A stretch of 64,000 nucleotides of DNA from Acidobacteriota bacterium (GCA_040005235.1 JBDTZG010000020.1:27256-91255); one strand, 5' to 3'. Shown: positions 17,689 to 36,297, counted from the first letter of the stretch. Made by a program: numbers and translations. Notes: generated by a model from the letters alone, not told the origin.

Positions 17689-18699
17689 TCAGCTCTCCTG
17701 GTAGGCGTGGCCGGTGGCGTTCAGATAGACGTCGTCGAGCGAGGGCCGGGTGAGGGCGACCCCGGCGACCGCGATTCCGGCACGTTCGAGCACGCCGAGC
17801 ACCGTGGGCAGCTCTCGCGCTCCGTCGATCACATGGGCGTAGACCCGGTCGGCGCGCCCGGCGTCGGCCAAGACGCCCTTGACTCCGGCAAGGCCGCCGA
17901 GCAGCGTCCGAGCCTCGCCGCTCTTTGCGGATTCGACGAGCTGGAGCGAAATCCGATCGCCCGCGAGCTGAGCTTTCAGGCCATCCGGCGTCCCTTCGGC
18001 GACGACCTGCCCTTTGTCGACGATCGCCAGCCGATCGGCGAGCTGATCCGCCTCTTCAAGGTAATGGGTGGTGAGCAGTAGGGTCAGCCCGCCCGCGGCG
18101 AGGCGGCGGACTTCGCGCCAGAGCACCGCGCGGCTCTCGGGGTCGAGCCCCGTCGTCGGCTCGTCGAGGAAGAGCACCTCGGGCCGGTGAACGAGCCCCA
18201 TCGCGACGTCCAGCCGGCGTTTCATACCGCCGGAATAGGTGCGTGAGGCCCGATGCGCGGCGTCCGTGAGCGCGAACAGTTCGAGCAGCTCGTCCACCCG
18301 GGATTTGAGCTCCGGGGCCGGAATGCGGAACAGCCGCCCTTGCAGCTCCAGGTTCTCTCGTCCGGTGGCCGCGAAGTCGACCCCGGATGCCTGGGCGACG
18401 CAACCGATCCGTCGCCGGACCTCACGGGCGTCGCGGACGACGTCGAAGCCGAAGACGGTGCCGCTTCCCCCGGTCGGCTCGGAGAGCGTGGTGAGGATCT
18501 TGACCGCGGTCGACTTGCCCGCCCCGTTGGGGCCGAGAAGGCCGAACACCTCGCCCGCGCGGACCGAGAAGGAAATCCCCCGCAGCGCCTCGACGCCGCC
18601 GGAGTAGGTCTTCTTCAAATCGCGCGCTTCGATCGCCAGCACGTCGGAGGCGCGAGGGATCTCGTTCGCGCTCGGCGCGACGGAATCGGCAGATGTCAT
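17689..18699 (-). CDS. ABC exporter ATP-binding protein (DrrA-like)
   Basis: GPNGAGKS, YSGGMKRRL, LFLDEPTTGLD, TTHYLEEAD, PSLDDVYL. Confidence 0.93.
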   Translation of the reverse strand: MTSADSVAPSANEIPRASDVLAIEARDLKKTYSGGVEALRGISFSVRAGEVFGLLGPNGAGKSTAVKILTTLSEPTGGSGTVFGFDVVRDAREVRRRIGCVAQASGVDFAATGRENLELQGRLFRIPAPELKSRVDELLELFALTDAAHRASRTYSGGMKRRLDVAMGLVHRPEVLFLDEPTTGLDPESRAVLWREVRRLAAGGLTLLLTTHYLEEADQLADRLAIVDKGQVVAEGTPDGLKAQLAGDRISLQLVESAKSGEARTLLGGLAGVKGVLADAGRADRVYAHVIDGARELPTVLGVLERAGIAVAGVALTRPSLDDVYLNATGHAYQES

Positions 18700-18755
18700 G
18701 GAAGTTCCTCGAAATCGAGGCTCACCGCGAGCCGACGCAGAGTGTACGGGAAAAC

Positions 18756-19610
18756 CTAGCCTCCGTCGTCCGGCAGGAGGCTGCCCGGAATCCGCGTGAA
18801 CCGGTTGCCGGGGCGCGAGGGCGGCAAAGACCCGGGGACCGGCGTCGGGCTGGGGCTCCCGGGCGTCGGCTCGGTGCGCGGGCGGGGTTGCGGGATCGGC
18901 GCAGGCGTATAAACCAGCGGCCAGGGATAGTAGACCGGCGCCACAGGAAGAAGGACCGGCACAGAGGCCGCCCGTTCCGCGTCTTGCCGTTCCAATGTCG
19001 CGTTGAGTAGCGAAAGTTCAAGCTGGCGGGTCAGGCGGTCGCGCGACTCGGCCTCGCGGGCCGCGGTCTTTCGACTCCGTTCCTCTTCGAGCGACCGCTC
19101 GCGGTCGGCGAGCTCCTTGGCAGAGATCCATTGCCCGCCGTCGCGGACCAGGCCCTTCCGATGCATCGATTCCTCGTAGGGAATCCACCGCCCCAGATCG
19201 CCTTCCAACACGTAATCGAGACGGCGCATCAGCGGGGGAAGCCCCTGGAGGCCCGGATCGATCTTCGCCGCCTTGAGCGCCGCTTCGCGGACGCCCGTTT
19301 CGAGACCCTGGCCCTGCGCCCAGAGAGCGAGACCCAGCCAGCCTTCAGCGCTCGGCGCCTTGCCGAGCGCGCTCTTCCTCGCGAGGTACTCGCCATAGGG
19401 GGAGGTTCCCCGGTCGATCCGCAGCACCTGCGCCCGGGAAATCGCCAATTCCCCGCCGGGCATCTTCATCCGGACCTGCGCGCCGTCTTCGGTCGCGATC
19501 ACGTCGCGGAACGACTTGCCATTCTTCAAGTACACGTCGTCGGCGGAAGCGCCGAGGGGAAAGAGGGCGAGGAGAACGGCGGGACCGAAACTGAGGAGCG
19601 AGCGTCGCAT
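18756..19610 (-). CDS. Hypothetical exported protein with Pro-rich C-terminus
   Basis: Signal peptide ending ASA, then DDVYLKNG; 'RKGLVRDGGQWIS' motif. Confidence 0.7.
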   Translation of the reverse strand: MRRSLLSFGPAVLLALFPLGASADDVYLKNGKSFRDVIATEDGAQVRMKMPGGELAISRAQVLRIDRGTSPYGEYLARKSALGKAPSAEGWLGLALWAQGQGLETGVREAALKAAKIDPGLQGLPPLMRRLDYVLEGDLGRWIPYEESMHRKGLVRDGGQWISAKELADRERSLEEERSRKTAAREAESRDRLTRQLELSLLNATLERQDAERAASVPVLLPVAPVYYPWPLVYTPAPIPQPRPRTEPTPGSPSPTPVPGSLPPSRPGNRFTRIPGSLLPDDGG

Positions 19611-19690
19611 GGCGAGGTCTCCGAGCGTTACCTCGAATCGTAGCACCGTCGATCGCTTTCCGGAGCGAGTCTGCTAGCCTCTGTCTCAAT

Positions 19691-21283
19691 ATGAGTACCA
19701 GCCTCGACGATGCGCTCCTCAGGCGCCTCGCGCTCCATTACAAACTGGCCACGGAAGACCAGCTTCAGGGGGCTCGACAGCACCAGGAGGCGACCGGGAA
19801 CGACCTCGGGTCGGCGCTCATGGCGCTCGGAGTGCTCTCGCCGCAGCGTTTGGCGCAGCTCGAAGCGGCGCGCTCCGAGGTGCAGAAGCGCCAAGGTGCC
19901 CCCCCCTCCGGTCCGCCGCCCACGGCACCCGTTGCAACCCCCGCGCAAATCTCGGTTCTCACCGCGGAGAACCCCCGCTCGGCAGTTCCGGTGCCTTCTC
20001 CCGTCTCTCCCGCTTCCGCGCCCGGACATCCTGAGGCGATTCCAACGGCCCCCCCCGCGCCGCTCCCTGCGCTCGAACCGGCGGTCGCGAACACCTCCCC
20101 CGCCAAGCCGATGTCAGCCCCTGCTCCTGTTCCTGCTCCAATTCCGACCCAGACTCCGACCCCGGCGAAAACGACGCCTCCGCCCGCCGAGCCGCGATCC
20201 GTTCCTCGCCTCGAACGGATTCTCTCTTTCGGGCTGAGTCAGGGCGCAAGCGACATCCACTTCCACAGCGGCGCGCCGATCCGCTACCGCCGCCACGGCC
20301 GGATGATCGAAGCGGAGGGCCAATCGGCCGACCCGAAGATGGCCGCCGCCGCGATCGCGGAGATCCTGTCGCCGACGGAGAGCGAGATCCTGGAGCGCAC
20401 CGGCCAGGTCGACCTGGCGTACAACGCGCCCGGGCTCGGCCGTTTCCGGACCAACGTCTATCGCCAGGCTCGCGGCACCGACGCCGTGTTTCGCGTCATC
20501 CCTCCCGAACCGCCAACGCTCGAATCGCTCGGTATGCCCGCGTCGCTCGCGAAACTTGCCGACTACCACCAAGGGCTGGTGCTGGTTACCGGCCCGGCCG
20601 GGTGCGGCAAATCGGCGACCCTCGCCGCGTTGGTCCACCAGATCAACGCTTCGCGTCGCGATCACATCATTACGATCGAAGATCCGATCGAAATCATCCA
20701 TCCCTCGCTCTCCTGCGTGGTCAACCAGCGCCAGGTAGGCAATCACACGCAGTCGTTCGCGCGCGCGCTGCGCGCCGCGCTGCGCGAAGATCCGGACGTG
20801 ATCGCGATCGGCGAGCTGCGCGACCTGGAAACCATTTCGCTCGCGATCACCGCCGCCGAGACCGGCCATTTGGTGCTCGCGACACTCCACACGTCGAGCG
20901 CCATCCGGACAATCAACCGGATCTTGGGCGTCTTCCCCCCGAACCAGCAGGAACAGATTCGCACCATGCTTTCCGAATCGCTGCGCGCCGTGATCTCCCA
21001 GCGCCTGGTCGCGCGGGCCGACGGCACCGGCCGGGTACCTGCGCTCGAAATCCTGATCGCGACCAAAGCGGTGGGCAACTTAATCCGCGAGAACAAGACG
21101 TTTCAGCTCAAGTCGGTGCTCCAGACCGGCAGTACCCACGGCATGTTCCTGCTCGACTACTCGCTCGCCGAGCTGGTGAAGTCCGGTGTGATCACGAAGG
21201 AAGAGGGCCTCCGCCACGCCGAAGATCCGGCGAAATTCATGCTGCCGCCGCCTCCCGTGATGCCCGGGGAAGGACCCCGCTGA
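19691..21283 (+). CDS. PilT/PilU-family type IV pilus ATPase with N-terminal helical domain and Pro-rich linker
   Basis: ASDIHF, GRFRTNVY, GPAGCGKS, TIEDPIE, REDPDVIAIGELRD, TGHLVLATLHT, AVGNLIRE. Confidence 0.9.
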   Translation: MSTSLDDALLRRLALHYKLATEDQLQGARQHQEATGNDLGSALMALGVLSPQRLAQLEAARSEVQKRQGAPPSGPPPTAPVATPAQISVLTAENPRSAVPVPSPVSPASAPGHPEAIPTAPPAPLPALEPAVANTSPAKPMSAPAPVPAPIPTQTPTPAKTTPPPAEPRSVPRLERILSFGLSQGASDIHFHSGAPIRYRRHGRMIEAEGQSADPKMAAAAIAEILSPTESEILERTGQVDLAYNAPGLGRFRTNVYRQARGTDAVFRVIPPEPPTLESLGMPASLAKLADYHQGLVLVTGPAGCGKSATLAALVHQINASRRDHIITIEDPIEIIHPSLSCVVNQRQVGNHTQSFARALRAALREDPDVIAIGELRDLETISLAITAAETGHLVLATLHTSSAIRTINRILGVFPPNQQEQIRTMLSESLRAVISQRLVARADGTGRVPALEILIATKAVGNLIRENKTFQLKSVLQTGSTHGMFLLDYSLAELVKSGVITKEEGLRHAEDPAKFMLPPPPVMPGEGPR

Positions 21284-22347
21284 TGGCGCGCCTTCACGAA
21301 CTGTTCCACCTGTTGCGCGACAGCGGCGGTTCGGACCTCCACATGGCGGCGGGGCTCGAACCGCGACTGCGGCTTCACGGTTCGCTCCAGTCGATCGAAG
21401 GTTGGCCGGTGCTCGACCACGCCGCGCTCCTCTCCCTTCTACGCGAGATCGCGACCGAACTTCAGTGGCAGAGCTATCTCGATTGCGGCGATCTCGACTT
21501 CGCCTATGGGCTCGAAGGGATCGCCCGCTTCCGTTGTAACTTCCTAATGCAGGGCAATGGCGCCGCCGCGGTGTTCCGGATCATCCCGGAGGAAATCGTC
21601 TCGCTCGAAAAGCTGAACCTGCCTCCAGCGATCGAGGCGCTTGCCCATCTGCACCAGGGTCTCGTCCTGGTGACCGGACCGACCGGCTCGGGCAAATCGA
21701 CGACGCTCGCCGGGATCATCGACAAGATCAACTCGACGTACCCCAAGCACGTGGTGACGATCGAAGATCCAATCGAGTTCGTACACAAAAACCGCCGCTG
21801 CCTGTTCTCCCAGCGCGAGGTGGGTACCGACACCGAGAGTTTCGCCTCCGCGCTTCGCTCGGCGATCCGCCAGGATGCGGACGTGGTCCTGGTCGGCGAA
21901 ATGCGAGATCTCGAAACGATCGCTTTGGCGATTACCGCGGCCGAGATGGGCTCTCTTGTGTTCGGAACGCTTCATACCAACGGTGCCGCCAACACGATCG
22001 ACCGCCTGATCGACGCCTTCCCCGCCGACGAACAGGCGCAAGTCCGCACCACCCTCTCCGAATCCCTCGCCGCGGTCGTCTCCCAGCTGCTCTTGAAAAC
22101 CGCCGACGGCCAGGGCCGGATCGCCGTGAACGAGATCCTGCTCAAGACCCCCGGTCTGCCGAACATCATCCGCGAAGGGAACACGCCGATGATCGCAACG
22201 ATCATCCAGGGCGGAAAGTCCCAGGGCATGCAGCGGATGGACGACGCCCTCCTCGCCCTCGTGCAGCAGAAGAAGATCACCCCCCGCGACGCCTACATGA
22301 AGGCGGGGGACAAGCAGCGCTTCGAACTGATGATCGAGGACGAGTAG
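21283..22347 (+). CDS. pilT: Type IV pilus retraction ATPase PilT
   Basis: GSDLHM, GPTGSGKSTT, TIEDPIE, VGEMRD, GTLHT, GMQRMD; ATG overlaps the upstream stop (TGATG). Confidence 0.88.
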   Translation: MARLHELFHLLRDSGGSDLHMAAGLEPRLRLHGSLQSIEGWPVLDHAALLSLLREIATELQWQSYLDCGDLDFAYGLEGIARFRCNFLMQGNGAAAVFRIIPEEIVSLEKLNLPPAIEALAHLHQGLVLVTGPTGSGKSTTLAGIIDKINSTYPKHVVTIEDPIEFVHKNRRCLFSQREVGTDTESFASALRSAIRQDADVVLVGEMRDLETIALAITAAEMGSLVFGTLHTNGAANTIDRLIDAFPADEQAQVRTTLSESLAAVVSQLLLKTADGQGRIAVNEILLKTPGLPNIIREGNTPMIATIIQGGKSQGMQRMDDALLALVQQKKITPRDAYMKAGDKQRFELMIEDE

Positions 22348-22356
22348 GGGCTTTTG

Positions 22357-24135
22357 CTAGGCACCCTCACGCATGAGTCGCTCAAGCGCTCCGCGCGATG
22401 TCGGGATCTCGACCCGCTCCCCTACTCTCGGCAAAGGGAACGGCGCGTAGCCCTCTCCCTTCCAGATCAAAAAGCGAAGCGACGGATCTTCGAGTGGCCG
22501 ATCGAAGACGAACTCTGCGTAGGATGGCGCGCCGTCTAGCGTCACACCCAGGACCTGAACCGAAACACCCGGCAGATCGACCCGGTCTCCAGCCCGTAGC
22601 GGGCGCGTCTCGCTACGAAACAGGCGGCCGAGGGGACCTCGAAAGAACCCTTCAGGCGAGGAGAGTCGGAGCGTTCGGCCATCCAGGCGATCCACCGAAA
22701 GGGCCACCGGCCCGGCCGCCAGACCGCGTACGCGATGCGGCAGTGCCCGATGCTGGTATTGAAGGATCGAGGGCACGTAGCTCAAGTTCATCAAGTAGTC
22801 AGGCGGATTGAGCACGTAAACGTCCTGGAGAGCGATCTCGGGAGGCGTTGGAAAACTCTCCACCGCGGCGAGCACCAGATCACCGATCTGGCGCGGGGAC
22901 GTCGCGTAGAACGGAGCGGCCACGATTTCGAGGGGCAGGTGGAAAATCAGCAGGGTGACGAGCCCGGCGGTCGCCCATCGATTTGCGGTTCTCCGCCCGG
23001 CGAGCAGGGCAACCAGGCCGAGCGCGCCGAAGCTCACAAACAGAAGTAGGCGATTCGAGGCGGTGGTGGCCGCTGACGGGACCAGCGAGAGCAGCATTCC
23101 CAGAGCGAAGAAGCGAGCCGCCCGATCGCCCCGCAGGAGGGGCGAGAACAGAAAGCCCAGCAGGATCGCGAGAGTCACTCCGACCAGGGCAAAGAGTCGT
23201 GCTTGACCGGGGAACGCGCTGACGGCGTCGGCCGGGAACGGAGTCCAGGTACCGATCCAGAGCGCAGGCAGATGATTCCAAAGGGCGCCCAAGAAGCGCA
23301 ATGGCTCGGAACCCGGATCGACGTAGAGGCCCGATCCGCGGGCGCCGAAACCGCCGAGCTTGTAGTACACCACCCAGGCACCGAGCCCCAATAGAACAGG
23401 ACCGAGTGAAGCGAGTCTTCGGGTGAGCGGTCCTTCTTCGAGGGTGAGCGCGTAGGCCAACAGGAACGCCGCGGAACCGAGCGCAATCTCGGCCGAGAGG
23501 AGTCCGAGCACCAGGAGTACCGGCGCGAGAAGCGCTCCCGCTCGCCATCCGTCTCGACGCCATCGATCGTGGGCAACGAGAGCGAGCAGGCCAAACGTCC
23601 CGCCAATCAGAGCATTCCGATTCGCGAGCCAGGCGGCGGGCAGGGCGTGCGAATTGTCGAGCGCGAACAGGAGCGCTGCGAGGCCGCCGACCCAAACGGG
23701 TAAGCCTGGATCGCGCCCCAAGATCCGGCGATAGGCAAATCCGGCGGCGAGCACCAGTCCCGCGAGCCAGGCCAGGCTCTGGAGGTGCATCAGCATCGGC
23801 ATATCGGGCCAAAGCTGAAAGTCGAGCCAGTGAGTCGCCGCCGAGAGCGGCCGGCAAAGCGCAAACTTGAGATCTGGCGCCGACCACCAGGGGGTGAATC
23901 CGAGATCCCGGAACTTCGCGTTCGTGGCTGCCGAACCGTCCACCGAAGCGAAGGCGTTCAGCGGATGGATATTGATCTCGGTTTGCCCAAGCCAAATCAG
24001 CCGCTGCGGGAAATCGTCGAGCTGGAACCCAAGCTGGAGCGAAGGGAGCATCAGGAAAGCGGAAAACAGCGCCGCGAACCAAGGCCACCGCGGCGCGGCG
24101 AGGCCGCGGAGCAGGCGGGCGAGAAGGTTTCTCAT
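22357..24135 (-). CDS. Multi-pass membrane protein, GT-C glycosyltransferase-like
   Basis: N-terminal TM followed by 'LDDF', 'CRPLS', 'WLANRN' and many TM helices. Confidence 0.6.
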   Translation of the reverse strand: MRNLLARLLRGLAAPRWPWFAALFSAFLMLPSLQLGFQLDDFPQRLIWLGQTEINIHPLNAFASVDGSAATNAKFRDLGFTPWWSAPDLKFALCRPLSAATHWLDFQLWPDMPMLMHLQSLAWLAGLVLAAGFAYRRILGRDPGLPVWVGGLAALLFALDNSHALPAAWLANRNALIGGTFGLLALVAHDRWRRDGWRAGALLAPVLLVLGLLSAEIALGSAAFLLAYALTLEEGPLTRRLASLGPVLLGLGAWVVYYKLGGFGARGSGLYVDPGSEPLRFLGALWNHLPALWIGTWTPFPADAVSAFPGQARLFALVGVTLAILLGFLFSPLLRGDRAARFFALGMLLSLVPSAATTASNRLLLFVSFGALGLVALLAGRRTANRWATAGLVTLLIFHLPLEIVAAPFYATSPRQIGDLVLAAVESFPTPPEIALQDVYVLNPPDYLMNLSYVPSILQYQHRALPHRVRGLAAGPVALSVDRLDGRTLRLSSPEGFFRGPLGRLFRSETRPLRAGDRVDLPGVSVQVLGVTLDGAPSYAEFVFDRPLEDPSLRFLIWKGEGYAPFPLPRVGERVEIPTSRGALERLMREGA

Positions 24136-24165
24136 GCTTCGCGACTCCTGACGACCTCATCTACG

Positions 24166-24195
24166 AAAAACGGCCGGCCCTCGCGGGCCGGCCGT
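24166..24195 (-). terminator. Rho-independent terminator after rpoC
   Basis: Minus strand ACGGCCGGCCC-GCGA-GGGCCGGCCGT followed by TTTT. Confidence 0.85.
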
Positions 24196-24223
24196 CGTGT
24201 TTCTCATGAAGCGAACCGAGAGC

Positions 24224-28402
<4,179 letters not shown>

Positions 28403-28419
28403 TTGTAGACCTCCCTTCC

Positions 28420-32712
<4,293 letters not shown>

Positions 32713-33085
32713 GGCTGGTCCTTGCTAACTCCGTAGTCCGAGCTGCTGGTCCGCGGCGTAGGGTGCGGTGACTTGTCTGTGCAACGGGCTCAATGTGAGT
32801 GCTGTCGAGCGCACCGAAGAAATCCTCGGAACTCCCGGGAAAGCAGAAGACACCATGCCCTCTCCATCGAAATTCCTCGATGGTTCAGCGGGCATGGTGT
32901 AGTTCGTTTCCAACGGAGGTCTGTTCAGATCGATTCGTCGGCCCTCCCCGCGGTAAGGAAGCAAACGCCGAGGCTTAAGCTTCGGCGGGAACTGCGCTCA
33001 CCGGCGGGTCGCTAGAAACTGCCGTTGCAACGCTTGTTTGAGCGTGTGTCGCGCGCTCCAACGAAAAGAGCGCGCGGCGGACGAG

Positions 33086-33463
33086 CTACTTGACCTCGAC
33101 CTTCGCTCCAGCATCTTCGAACTTCTTCTTGATCGTCGCGCCCTCTTCCTTCGAGACCCCTTCCTTGATCGTCGAAGGAGCGGCCTCGACGAGGTCCTTG
33201 GCTTCCTTGAGACCGAGGCTCGTCACTTCGCGGACGGCCTTGATGACGTTGATCTTGTTCGCGCCGAAGTCCTTGAGGACGACGGTGAACTCGGTCTGCT
33301 CTTCAACCGGAGCCGCCGCAGCCGCCGGACCGGCCGCAGCCGCCGGAGCCGCCGCAGCCGCGGACACGCCATAGTGATCTTCGAGCGCCTTGACCAGGTT
33401 GTTCAGTTCGAGGACGGTCAGATCGTCGATCTGCTTGATGAAATCTTCGGTCGCAATGGCCAT
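33086..33463 (-). CDS. rplL: 50S ribosomal protein L7/L12
   Basis: [37 protein letters not shown]. Confidence 0.99.
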   Translation of the reverse strand: MAIATEDFIKQIDDLTVLELNNLVKALEDHYGVSAAAAAPAAAAGPAAAAAPVEEQTEFTVVLKDFGANKINVIKAVREVTSLGLKEAKDLVEAAPSTIKEGVSKEEGATIKKKFEDAGAKVEVK

Positions 33464-33511
33464 TTTCTTCTCCTTCCAGGACTTTTCAGTCTCTTTAAGA
33501 ACGTATCGAAT

Positions 33512-34051
33512 CTAGAGGGCAGCGCCCTGCTCTTCTTTTTTCTTCGCGACCTGATCGAGCACCACGACGAAGCTCTGCGGCACCGCGGCGAGGGTCCGGA
33601 CGAACCGGGCGATCGGCGACTGGAGCAGGAACAGAAGCTTCGAGAGCAGCGCCTCGCGGCTCGGCAGCTCGGCGATGGCTTTGATCTGGTCGGCCTGAAT
33701 CTGCTGGCCTTCGACCAGACCGGCCTTGAACTCGAGGACCGGCGCGGTCTTCGCGAAATCGGTCAGCGCCTTGGCGAGGGCGACCGGATCTTTCAAACAG
33801 TACGCCACCGCGGTCGGGCCGACGAAGTGCTGCTTGAGGTCGGCGAGCTGGCCCCCCTCGATCGCGCGCAGGGCCAGGGTGTTCTTTACCACCAGATAGT
33901 GGCCCCCGCTCTGGCGAATCTTTTCGCGGAGCTCCGTCACCTGCGGAACGCTGATGCCCTTGTAGCCCAGGAGGAAGGCATGCGGCGCGGCCGCCAAGCC
34001 CTCCGTATAGTCCTGGATCATCTCTTCTTTGACATTACGTGTGAGCGGCAT
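33512..34051 (-). CDS. rplJ: 50S ribosomal protein L10
   Basis: VVKNTLA, GPTAVA, AELPSRE; conserved gene order. Confidence 0.97.
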   Translation of the reverse strand: MPLTRNVKEEMIQDYTEGLAAAPHAFLLGYKGISVPQVTELREKIRQSGGHYLVVKNTLALRAIEGGQLADLKQHFVGPTAVAYCLKDPVALAKALTDFAKTAPVLEFKAGLVEGQQIQADQIKAIAELPSREALLSKLLFLLQSPIARFVRTLAAVPQSFVVVLDQVAKKKEEQGAAL

Positions 34052-34062
34052 CGTTCCCTCTC

Positions 34063-34767
34063 CTAGGCTTCGGCAGCACCGGTCATTCCAGTTTCGTCCA
34101 CGCGAATTCCAGGGCCCATGGTCGAGGAAAGGCTCACTGACTTCACGTACTTACCCTTGGCCGCGGCGGGCTTCGCCTTGATCACAGCGCCAATGAAGGC
34201 GTGGGCGTTGTCCGCCAGCTGCTCCTCGGAAAACGAGAGCTTGCCGAGCGGCGCGTGGATGATCCCGGTCTTTTCGACCCGGAACTCGACCTTGCCGGCC
34301 TTGATCTCTTCGACCGCCTTGGCCACGTCCATCGAGACCGTGCCGGCCTTCGGGTTGGGCATCAGGCCGCGGGGCCCAAGCACCTTACCCAGACGACCGA
34401 CGACGCGCATCATGTCCGGGGTCGCGACCACCGCGTCGAAATCGAGCCAACCGCCCTCGATCCGCTTCGCGAGATCGTCGCCACCGACGTAATCCGCGCC
34501 TGCGGCCTCGGCCTCGCGCAGCTTCTCGCCGCTCGCGAACACCAGGACTTTCGCGGTTTTGCCTAGACCGTGCGGCAGGACGACCGTGCCGCGGACCATC
34601 TGGTCGGCGTGCTTGGGATCGACGCCCAGCCGCATGGCGATCTCGAGCGTTTCGTCGAACTTGGCGAACGCGACTTCCTTGGCGATATGTACCGCTTGGT
34701 CCAGCGGATGCGCCTGCTGGTCCACCTTCTGCGACGACTGTGAGTACTTCTTTCCGTGCTTCGCCAC
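34063..34767 (-). CDS. rplA: 50S ribosomal protein L1
   Basis: [38 protein letters not shown]. Confidence 0.99.
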   Translation of the reverse strand: MAKHGKKYSQSSQKVDQQAHPLDQAVHIAKEVAFAKFDETLEIAMRLGVDPKHADQMVRGTVVLPHGLGKTAKVLVFASGEKLREAEAAGADYVGGDDLAKRIEGGWLDFDAVVATPDMMRVVGRLGKVLGPRGLMPNPKAGTVSMDVAKAVEEIKAGKVEFRVEKTGIIHAPLGKLSFSEEQLADNAHAFIGAVIKAKPAAAKGKYVKSVSLSSTMGPGIRVDETGMTGAAEA

Positions 34768-34798
34768 GACGCAATTCTCCCGTTTGGTCTTTAGCCGG

Positions 34799-35224
34799 CT
34801 AGCCGACGATCTCGACGCCCATCGAGCGCGCGGTTCCTTCGATGATCCGCACCGCGGCCGCCAAGGAAGCCGCGTTCAGGTCGGGCATCTTCGCCTTCGC
34901 GATTTCCTCGACCTGGGCGGCCGTCACCGAACCCTTTTTGGTGCGGTTCGGCTCGCCCGAGCCCTTGTCGATTCCCGCGGCCTTCTTGAGCAGGATCGCC
35001 GCCGGCGGCGTCTTGGTGATGAAGGTGTAGCTGCGATCCGAATAGACGGTGACCACCACCGGGATGATCAAACCGATCTGAGATTGCGTGCGGGCGTTGA
35101 AATTCTTCACGAAATCCATGATGTTGACGCCCGCCTGGCCCAACGCCGGGCCTACGGGCGGCGCAGGCGTGGCCTGACCTGCCGGAATCTGCAACTTGAC
35201 CAGCCCTGTGACTTTCTTAGCCAT
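34799..35224 (-). CDS. rplK: 50S ribosomal protein L11
   Basis: [25 protein letters not shown]. Confidence 0.99.
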   Translation of the reverse strand: MAKKVTGLVKLQIPAGQATPAPPVGPALGQAGVNIMDFVKNFNARTQSQIGLIIPVVVTVYSDRSYTFITKTPPAAILLKKAAGIDKGSGEPNRTKKGSVTAAQVEEIAKAKMPDLNAASLAAAVRIIEGTARSMGVEIVG

Positions 35225-35239
35225 CGCTAGCGCTCCGCG

Positions 35240-35316
35240 CGAATGTCGAGTGTCGAATCAGGAATCCAGAATGTCGAAGAAAAATTTCGAGATTCTCGAT
35301 TCGCAATTCGCCATTC
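35240..35316. repeat. Inverted pair of degenerate 7-bp tandem repeats in the nusG-rplK spacer
   Basis: CGAATGT CGAGTGT CGAATCA GGAATCC AGAATGT CGAA, then TTCGAGA TTCTCGA TTCGCAA TTCGCCA TTC. Confidence 0.75.
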
Positions 35317-35881
35317 AGATTTTCTGCACCTTCGAGAAATCCAGCTCGACCGGCGTTTGCCGGCCGAAGATTGTGACCATGACCTTCAGGCTGTTGCGGT
35401 CGAGATTGACCTCGTCCACCAAGCCGGTGAAATTGCTGAAGGGGCCTTCGGTAATCCGAACCTGCTCCCCTTTTTCGAAGAGATACTTCGGTTTCGGCTT
35501 TTCCTTCGCGGTCACCACCTGCTCGAGGATCTGATTGACCTCTTCTTCGGACAGCGGCGTCGGCTTCTTGCCCATGCCGACGAAGCCCGTAACCTTCGGC
35601 GTGTTCTTGACCACGTGCCACGCCGCGTCGGACATCGCCATCTCGACCAGGATGTACCCCGGGAAAAACTTCCGCTGCGTCTCTTTCTTCTTACCGTTCT
35701 TGTACTCGACCACCGTCTCCGTGGGGATACGGATGTCCCCGAAGGCGGGCCCCATGTCGAGCGCGTCGGCACGCTGGCGCAACGTCTCCTTGACCCGCTC
35801 CTCAAACCCGGAGTAGGTATGGACGATGTACCATTTCTTGTCGAGTGCCGTTTCAGCCATGGCTTCGATCGTTTTGTTCAC
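35315..35881 (-). CDS. nusG: Transcription termination/antitermination factor NusG
   Basis: [41 protein letters not shown] start overlaps the secE stop; an alternative ATG lies at 35860. Confidence 0.98.
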   Translation of the reverse strand: MNKTIEAMAETALDKKWYIVHTYSGFEERVKETLRQRADALDMGPAFGDIRIPTETVVEYKNGKKKETQRKFFPGYILVEMAMSDAAWHVVKNTPKVTGFVGMGKKPTPLSEEEVNQILEQVVTAKEKPKPKYLFEKGEQVRITEGPFSNFTGLVDEVNLDRNSLKVMVTIFGRQTPVELDFSKVQKI

Positions 35882-36162
35882 GAGCCCAGTGCCTTGAAGA
35901 GTCCTTCATACCCGCGAAGGATCAGGAAGTCCGCCACCCACAGATAGACGGCGAAGATGACGCTCGCGACGATGACCACGATCGTCGTGGCCACCACCTC
36001 GTCCCGCGGCGGAAACGTGACCTTCTTCATCTCCGACCGGACCTCGCCAAAAAAGACGAGGCCCTTGGCATAGTGACCCACTTTGTACAGCCACCACCCC
36101 AGCCCGGCAAGGCCGGCCACCACCACCGCTGTTACGATCCAACCGATCTTCTCAGGCGTCAT
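35878..36162 (-). CDS. secE: Preprotein translocase subunit SecE
   Basis: EVRSEMKKVTFPPRDEV followed by a TM helix; lies between tRNA-Trp and nusG. Confidence 0.95.
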   Translation of the reverse strand: MTPEKIGWIVTAVVVAGLAGLGWWLYKVGHYAKGLVFFGEVRSEMKKVTFPPRDEVVATTIVVIVASVIFAVYLWVADFLILRGYEGLFKALGS

Positions 36163-36198
36163 TGGCGTTCTTCGACTCCACCCTCGCGAGCGGGAAAA

Positions 36199-36275
36199 TG
36201 GCAGGCCAGGAGGGATTTGAACCCCCAACCCCCGGTTTTGGAGACCGGTGCTCTACCAGCTTGAGCTACTGGCCT
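36199..36275 (-). tRNA. tRNA-Trp (CCA)
   Basis: AGGCCAGTAGCTCAAGCTGGTAGAGCACCGGTCTCCAAAACCGGGGGTTGGGGGTTCAAATCCCTCCTGGCCTGCCA; anticodon CCA, encoded 3' CCA. Confidence 0.97.
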
Positions 36276-36297
36276 TCGCCCCTGACTTCTCGTAATT

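Noticed and set aside
20602-21282. N-terminal extension of the second PilT ORF (581-aa call)
   Set aside because: Out-of-frame overlap with the first PilT-family gene; the real start is ATG 21283.
32713-33085. Small ORFs and hairpins in the rplL-rpoB spacer
   Set aside because: No credible coding signal. One hairpin (GCGCGCTC...GAGCGCGC near 33050-33075) is consistent with an ordinary attenuator, and I could not support a specific RNA structure.
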